NCBI GenBank assembly: GCA_028823435.1
Contig: JAPKBK010000001.1
Span: forward strand, 1-29,237
From: Flavobacteriales bacterium
Lineage (GTDB): Bacteria > Bacteroidota > Bacteroidia > Flavobacteriales_D > Sanyastnellaceae
Reading direction: 5' to 3'
Length of the DNA stretch: 29,237 nt
In this document: piece by piece, positions 24,868-29,237 of the stretch
How positions within the stretch are numbered: the first letter of the stretch is position 1
Layout: every line of letters starts with the position of its first letter
Notes under the pieces: generated by a model
Database searches by the model: none
What the model was told of the DNA's origin: nothing
Seen by the model: the letters and a program-made list of their open reading frames with translations, nothing else
Program-made: the position numbers and the translations under genes

Positions 24868-26657
24868 CCGAAATGTTTTCGAATGGCCATTGCCACTCCA
24901 CGACCTACCGCCTCAAGGAGCTCCTCTAAGTTCGCTTCACGGATTTTTGTGACTGAACCGAACCTCGACATCAACTTCTTTTTAATGGCTGGCCCCACAC
25001 CCTTAATGTCATCCAATTCTGAATGTAATGACGCTTTGCTTCGTCTTTTTCTGTGATGCGCTAAAGAAAACCGATGTGCCTCGTTTCTCATTTGTTGAAT
25101 GACCCTTAATGTGGGCGATCTCTTATCCAAATAAATGGGTGCAGAATCTCCAGCAAAGAAAAGCTCTTCGAGTCGCTTGGCGATGCCCACGACGGTGATG
25201 ACGCCCCTCAATCCCAGCGCCTCAACCGCTTCCATGGCGTGACTTACTTGCCCCTTTCCGCCGTCTATCACAAGCAACTGCGGCAGATCTTTCTTTTCTT
25301 CGAGCAGGCGTTTATATCTGCGATAAACCGCCTCCCGCATACTGGCAAAATCGTCAGGACCTACAACGGTACGGATATTGAAATTTCTATAATCTCGCTT
25401 GGCGGGTTTGCCATTTCGAAACACAACGCACGCAGATGTAGGGCTTGTTCCTTGCAAATTTGAGTTGTCGAAACACTCAATATGAACAGGGTGCTCTGTT
25501 AATCTTAAGTCCGCCTGCATGGTGTCCATAAGCCGTTTTGTAGCTGCTTCTGGATCAATCTGCTCCTGATGTTTCTGTTTATCCTTCATAAAGAATCGGG
25601 CATTCTTTTCAGACATATCTACGAGGCGTTTTTTATCTCCTTTTTCAGGAACGGAAATAGAAACACCGGAGATTTCGAGATCAACCTTAAGCGGTGTAAA
25701 TATTTTTTTGCTTTTGCTTTTAAACTTTTCGCGAATAAGCGGAATTGCCGCTTCGAGAATTGTGGCATCGGATTCATCCAATCTTTTCTTTACCTCAAAG
25801 GTGGACCCCTTAACGATTGCCCCTGAAACGACCAGCATAAAGTTGACATACCCCGCACTGCTGTCACTTGCGATTGTAAACACATCAACACCATCTATTT
25901 TAGGGTGTACGACAGTGCTTTTTGCTTGATACTTGTCAAGTGATTTCAATTTGGAATTAAAAATATCCGCCCTTTCAAAGGCCAAACCCACCACCGCTTC
26001 ATTCATCTCCCTTTTCAAATGATCTCGAACGACCCCCAGGTTTCCTCTTAAAACGTGTTGAATTGATTTTATGCTCTTGCTATAATCGTCCTCCGACTGT
26101 TTCCCCACACAGGGCCCCAAACAATTTCCGACGTGATACTCCAAGCATACTCTGAACTTTTTATGAAGGATATTCTTCTCACTTAAATTCAACGAACACG
26201 ATCGGATGGGATATAATTTCTTACACAGATCTAGCACAGTCTTCATGCTTTTAAGACTCGTAAATGGCCCAAAATACTCCCCCTTTATGCTCATGACGCG
26301 CGTTGAAAAAACCCTTGGAAACCGTTCTTTTTTAAGAACAATAAACGGGAAGGTTTTGTCATCTTTAAGGAGGATATTGTATACCGGTCGATACTCCTTA
26401 ATAAGGTTGTTTTCTAAAAGCAGCGCGTCTTGCTCGGTGGGAGCTACAATCCATTCAATATCTCGGATTTTGCGGACGAGCAATTTGGTCTTGTTATTTT
26501 CGTATGTTTTTCTATTAAAGTAACTGGACACTCGCTTCTTCAGGTCCTTCGCCTTTCCAACATAGATGACCACACCGGCCTCATTAAAATGTTTATAGAC
26601 CCCAGGCTGATGAGGCAGACGCGTGAGGATGTTTTGTATGTGTTGTGAGGCTTTCAT
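24864..26657 (-). CDS. uvrC: Excinuclease ABC subunit C
   Basis: GIY-YIG PGVY...YVGKAKDLKKRVSSYF, LKDDKTFP, Cys cluster, IECFDNSN, DGGKGQ, RNEAHRF, HhH LDDIKGVG. Confidence 0.98.
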   Translation of the reverse strand: MKASQHIQNILTRLPHQPGVYKHFNEAGVVIYVGKAKDLKKRVSSYFNRKTYENNKTKLLVRKIRDIEWIVAPTEQDALLLENNLIKEYRPVYNILLKDDKTFPFIVLKKERFPRVFSTRVMSIKGEYFGPFTSLKSMKTVLDLCKKLYPIRSCSLNLSEKNILHKKFRVCLEYHVGNCLGPCVGKQSEDDYSKSIKSIQHVLRGNLGVVRDHLKREMNEAVVGLAFERADIFNSKLKSLDKYQAKSTVVHPKIDGVDVFTIASDSSAGYVNFMLVVSGAIVKGSTFEVKKRLDESDATILEAAIPLIREKFKSKSKKIFTPLKVDLEISGVSISVPEKGDKKRLVDMSEKNARFFMKDKQKHQEQIDPEAATKRLMDTMQADLRLTEHPVHIECFDNSNLQGTSPTSACVVFRNGKPAKRDYRNFNIRTVVGPDDFASMREAVYRRYKRLLEEKKDLPQLLVIDGGKGQVSHAMEAVEALGLRGVITVVGIAKRLEELFFAGDSAPIYLDKRSPTLRVIQQMRNEAHRFSLAHHRKRRSKASLHSELDDIKGVGPAIKKKLMSRFGSVTKIREANLEELLEAVGRGVAMAIRKHFG

Positions 26658-26670
26658 TTAGTTCCCCAAA

Positions 26671-27057
26671 CTATTCCTTTTGCGCACGTTCTATCTGAGA
26701 TATTTTCTCGGTAATCTCTAACAAAACCTCCTTCATCGCCACGGGATGTTCCCACCACCAGGTGTGACTCCTCTCAAACTCAGCTGCGCTCACTTCGTGC
26801 TTCGCAAAGACTTCATAGTACGCCTCACCCAGCCTCTTTTTAACGTCATCATTTCTGAAAACACCGATCTTTGACGCTCCCTCAATGATTTGAATGTCAG
26901 CCATTAACATAACGAATTCAACCCTTTCTAGAATCCCTTCAGGCGGATTCACGTTTGCCAAATCGCGAGAATCTTCAGCGCAACCGACCCCTATAAATAA
27001 AACGAAGATTGCAGGTATTAAAATCCTATCTGTTAAACGTGAGACGCTGCCCAGCAT
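26671..27057 (-). CDS. DUF4296-family lipoprotein
   Basis: Hydrophobic stretch ending GVG|C; M..IQI.E and Y..VF.KH.V....F..S..WW..HP..M pattern; follows pyrC. The start is uncertain because it overlaps pyrC by 32 bp. Confidence 0.75.
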   Translation of the reverse strand: MLGSVSRLTDRILIPAIFVLFIGVGCAEDSRDLANVNPPEGILERVEFVMLMADIQIIEGASKIGVFRNDDVKKRLGEAYYEVFAKHEVSAAEFERSHTWWWEHPVAMKEVLLEITEKISQIERAQKE

Positions 27058-28387
27058 GATTTCCGTTTTCCGTTAAAATATTTACGCCATTCCACACCCT
27101 CGTACCATTGACCCATGTGCCTACGACATGGGATTTAAATTCGTGTCCCGTAAATGGGGACCACCCACATTTGTAAAGAATGTTTTCGCCCGTAACGGTC
27201 CATGCAGCGTCCGGGTTCACAAGGACCAAATCTGCTTGATATCCCTCTCGGATGTATCCTCGGTTTTCAAGTTGAAAGCATTCGGCCACTCTGTGAGACA
27301 TCAGTTCAACAACCCTTTCAACAGATATTACTCCTTGATGAACAAGGTCCAGCATTGCGGGCAAACCGTGTTGTACCAAAGGACCTCCTGACGGTGCTGA
27401 AAAATATTTCCCACTCTTCTCTTCAACTGTATGGGGCGCGTGATCAGTCGCGACAACATCGATTCTCCCATCGAGCAACGCGGCTCGTATTGCGGTTCGA
27501 TCTCTTTCGGTTTTTACTGCGGGATTCCATTTGATGTACGTCCCCTTATTGCTGTAATCGGCATCCGTAAACCAAAGGTGGTGGATACAAGCCTCAGCTG
27601 TAATACGTTTTTCAGAAAGCGCCTTATTGCCATCAAATAGACTTAACTCTTTTGCGGTAGAAATATGAAGGATGTGTAGCCTTGTACCCAGCTTTGACGC
27701 AAGCTCCGCGGCTTTTGAAGAGCTTTTATAACACGCCTCCGCGCTTCGGATTAAGTGATGCTGATCTATGGGGACATTCTCACCCCACCGCTCTTTTGCG
27801 GTGGCAATATTTGCCCTAATGATCGACTCATCTTCACAATGTGTAGCCACTAAAGTCGGGCTCTCTTTAAAGATCCCCTCTAAAACCTTTTCCTCATCGA
27901 CTAACATGTCTCCTGTAGATGAGCCCATAAACACCTTCACGCCGCAAATTCTTTTCGGATCAGTCTTCAGGACCTCGTCAATATTGCCATTGCTCGCCCC
28001 CATAAAGAAGCTGTAATTTACAGCACTTACCTCATCCGCCCTCTCGTACTTGTCTTGCAGAAGCTCTTGTGTCAATGCCTGGGGAATGGTGTTTGGCATT
28101 TCCATAAAAGAAGTGATGCCTCCCGCCGCCGCCGCCGCTGATTCAGTCGCGATCTCTGCTTTGTGGGTGAGGCCAGGTTCTCGAAAGTGTACTTGGTCAT
28201 CAATACATCCCGGCATGAGCCAGAACCCTTTTGCGTTCACAACCTCAGCGCCTTGGACCTCTTCTAATGTTAGAGACCCTTCTTTTACTTTTAAGATCAT
28301 TTCTCCTTCGACAAGGACGTCACCGACAAAGACGCGTCCCTCATTGACGATGTGGGCTTGGCTAAATAAAGTTCTACTTCTTGACAT
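27026..28387 (-). CDS. pyrC: Dihydroorotase (long form, amidohydrolase superfamily, QxH metal motif)
   Basis: DDQVHFREPG, EMPNT, GVKVFMGSSTG, HCEDE, HILHIST, IKWNP, ATDHAPH, KCGWSPF. Confidence 0.92.
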   Translation of the reverse strand: MSRSRTLFSQAHIVNEGRVFVGDVLVEGEMILKVKEGSLTLEEVQGAEVVNAKGFWLMPGCIDDQVHFREPGLTHKAEIATESAAAAAGGITSFMEMPNTIPQALTQELLQDKYERADEVSAVNYSFFMGASNGNIDEVLKTDPKRICGVKVFMGSSTGDMLVDEEKVLEGIFKESPTLVATHCEDESIIRANIATAKERWGENVPIDQHHLIRSAEACYKSSSKAAELASKLGTRLHILHISTAKELSLFDGNKALSEKRITAEACIHHLWFTDADYSNKGTYIKWNPAVKTERDRTAIRAALLDGRIDVVATDHAPHTVEEKSGKYFSAPSGGPLVQHGLPAMLDLVHQGVISVERVVELMSHRVAECFQLENRGYIREGYQADLVLVNPDAAWTVTGENILYKCGWSPFTGHEFKSHVVGTWVNGTRVWNGVNILTENGNHAGQRLTFNR

Positions 28388-29099
28388 GCTTCAAATTTAC
28401 CCTCATTTTCAAGACGCCCCAGAAGGCTTCATTAAAAATATCCATACTCATTTTAGACGTACCCAATTCTCGGTCGCTAAATGAGATTGGAATTTCGACT
28501 ATTTTAAAACCCCTTCGCTTCGCACGCAACTTCATTTCGATTTGGAATGCATACCCTATAAATTCAACCGAATCCAGTTCAATTGCCTCCAGAACCTCCC
28601 TGCGATAGCCCACAAATCCGGCGGTGCTGTCACGAACTCCCAGCCACAAAATCAAGTTTACGTATAAGGATGCGCCCCGACTCATGACCCTTCTTTTCAG
28701 AGGCCAGTTTACCACACCTCCTCCCTGAACATATCTAGACCCAACGGCTACTCCAGCCCCATTTTCAACACATGCTTTTTTTAAGCGAATGAGATCTTTA
28801 GGTGTGTGTGAGAAATCACAATCCATCTCAAAGACGTAGTTAAAATCTCTTTCAAGTGCCCACTTAAACCCCGCGATATAAGCTGTCCCTAGGCCTTGTT
28901 TCCCCTCCCTCTCCAATAAAAAGACACGACTTGCGTACTTTTTCATTTGTGCCTTCACAAGATCAGCTGTACCATCAGGGCTACCGTCATCAACAATAAG
29001 CACGTCAAACGCCTGATCTAAACCCACAACGGTTTCAATCATCTTCACAACGTTTTCCTTTTCGTTGTAAGTGGGTATTATGACTAAACTGTCACTCAT
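28374..29099 (-). CDS. Polyprenol monophosphomannose synthase-like GT2 (DPM1 family)
   Basis: IIPTYNE, VDDGSPDGT, KQGLGTAY, EMDCDFSH, GSRYV.GG, D.TAGF, GYAFQIEMK, EIPI.F.DR..G.SKMS. Confidence 0.92.
   Translation of the reverse strand: MSDSLVIIPTYNEKENVVKMIETVVGLDQAFDVLIVDDGSPDGTADLVKAQMKKYASRVFLLEREGKQGLGTAYIAGFKWALERDFNYVFEMDCDFSHTPKDLIRLKKACVENGAGVAVGSRYVQGGGVVNWPLKRRVMSRGASLYVNLILWLGVRDSTAGFVGYRREVLEAIELDSVEFIGYAFQIEMKLRAKRRGFKIVEIPISFSDRELGTSKMSMDIFNEAFWGVLKMRVNLKHVKK
28392..28399 (-). promoter_or_regulatory. -7 element TAAATTTG, 4 nt before the pyrC ATG, inside the GT2 3' end
   Basis: Exact TAnnTTTG; minus strand TAAATTTG-AAGC-ATG. Confidence 0.6.
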
Positions 29100-29106
29100 C
29101 GATTGC

Positions 29107-29235
29107 TTAAGTGGTCATTCTTAGGATGTTTAGATCTTCTTCCTTAAGATGTCTCCAATGTCCTCTTGGAATATCCTTCTTTGTGAGGCAAGCAAAGATT
29201 ACCCGATCTAATTTTGTAACCTTATACCCGAAATG
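29107..29235 (-). CDS. rluB: 3' end of an RsuA/RluB-family pseudouridine synthase, truncated by the window edge
   Basis: Manual translation HFGYKVTKLDRVIFACLTKKDIPRGHWRHLKEEDLNILRMTT* matches the GY.V..L.RV......L..G.WR.L C-terminal signature. It is not in the ORF track, and the exact paralog is uncertain. Confidence 0.7.
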   Translation of the reverse strand, partial: HFGYKVTKLDRVIFACLTKKDIPRGHWRHLKEEDLNILRMTT

Positions 29236-29237
29236 TT

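Noticed and set aside
28124-28138. (GCG)5 microsatellite encoding AAAAA in pyrC
   Set aside because: Five residues between ES and GG is the usual spacing, so there is no expansion; a triplet slip would not shift the frame.
27026-28387. Gln replacing the first metal-binding His in dihydroorotase (DDQVH)
   Set aside because: The QxH variant is known in Bacteroidota dihydroorotases, so it does not indicate a pseudogene or novelty.
1-29237. Search for tRNA/rRNA, CRISPR arrays, IS or integrase genes, prophage, defence systems and a compositional island
   Set aside because: Almost all sequence is accounted for by conserved CDSs, the largest gap is 150 bp, and I saw no repeat-spacer periodicity or terminal repeats. 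No obvious GC break is visible by eye; this was not computed.

Overview
This is core chromosome of a Bacteroidota bacterium, most likely Flavobacteriales-like. That placement is inferred from the split atp operon lacking atpD/atpC, a T9SS C-terminal domain, TAnnTTTG-type promoters, no evident Shine-Dalgarno sites, and DUF4270/DUF4837/DUF4296-type lipoproteins. Order: 3' end of a probable bactofilin, two ATP-synthase accessory membrane genes, atpBEFHAG, orphan HAMP histidine kinase, cyclase-family hydrolase, 8-stranded OMP with a strong terminator, glmS, DUF4270 lipoprotein, short GlgA-like protein, panC, tatA, MltD-type transglycosylase, DUF4837 lipoprotein, T9SS-secreted M1 metallopeptidase, SlyD-type PPIase, thiL, AsnB-family amidotransferase plus GT4 glycosyltransferase, FabK/nitronate-monooxygenase flavoprotein, uvrC, DUF4296 lipoprotein, dihydroorotase, DPM1-like GT2, and the 3' end of an RluB-type pseudouridine synthase. 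I found no rRNA, tRNA, CRISPR, transposase, phage or defence genes, and no new multi-gene system is demonstrable. The most interesting signals are four: (i) a -7 promoter element exactly 4 nt before the ATG of many genes, suggesting frequent leaderless transcription, including two back-to-back promoters in a 29-bp gap; (ii) a catalytically degenerate half-GlgA linked to DUF4270 and glmS; (iii) an A10 tract inside the GT4 of a two-gene glycan-amidation module; (iv) a signal peptide plus His/Asp-rich extension on ATP synthase subunit a. Family names come from recognising motifs by eye, not from database searches.
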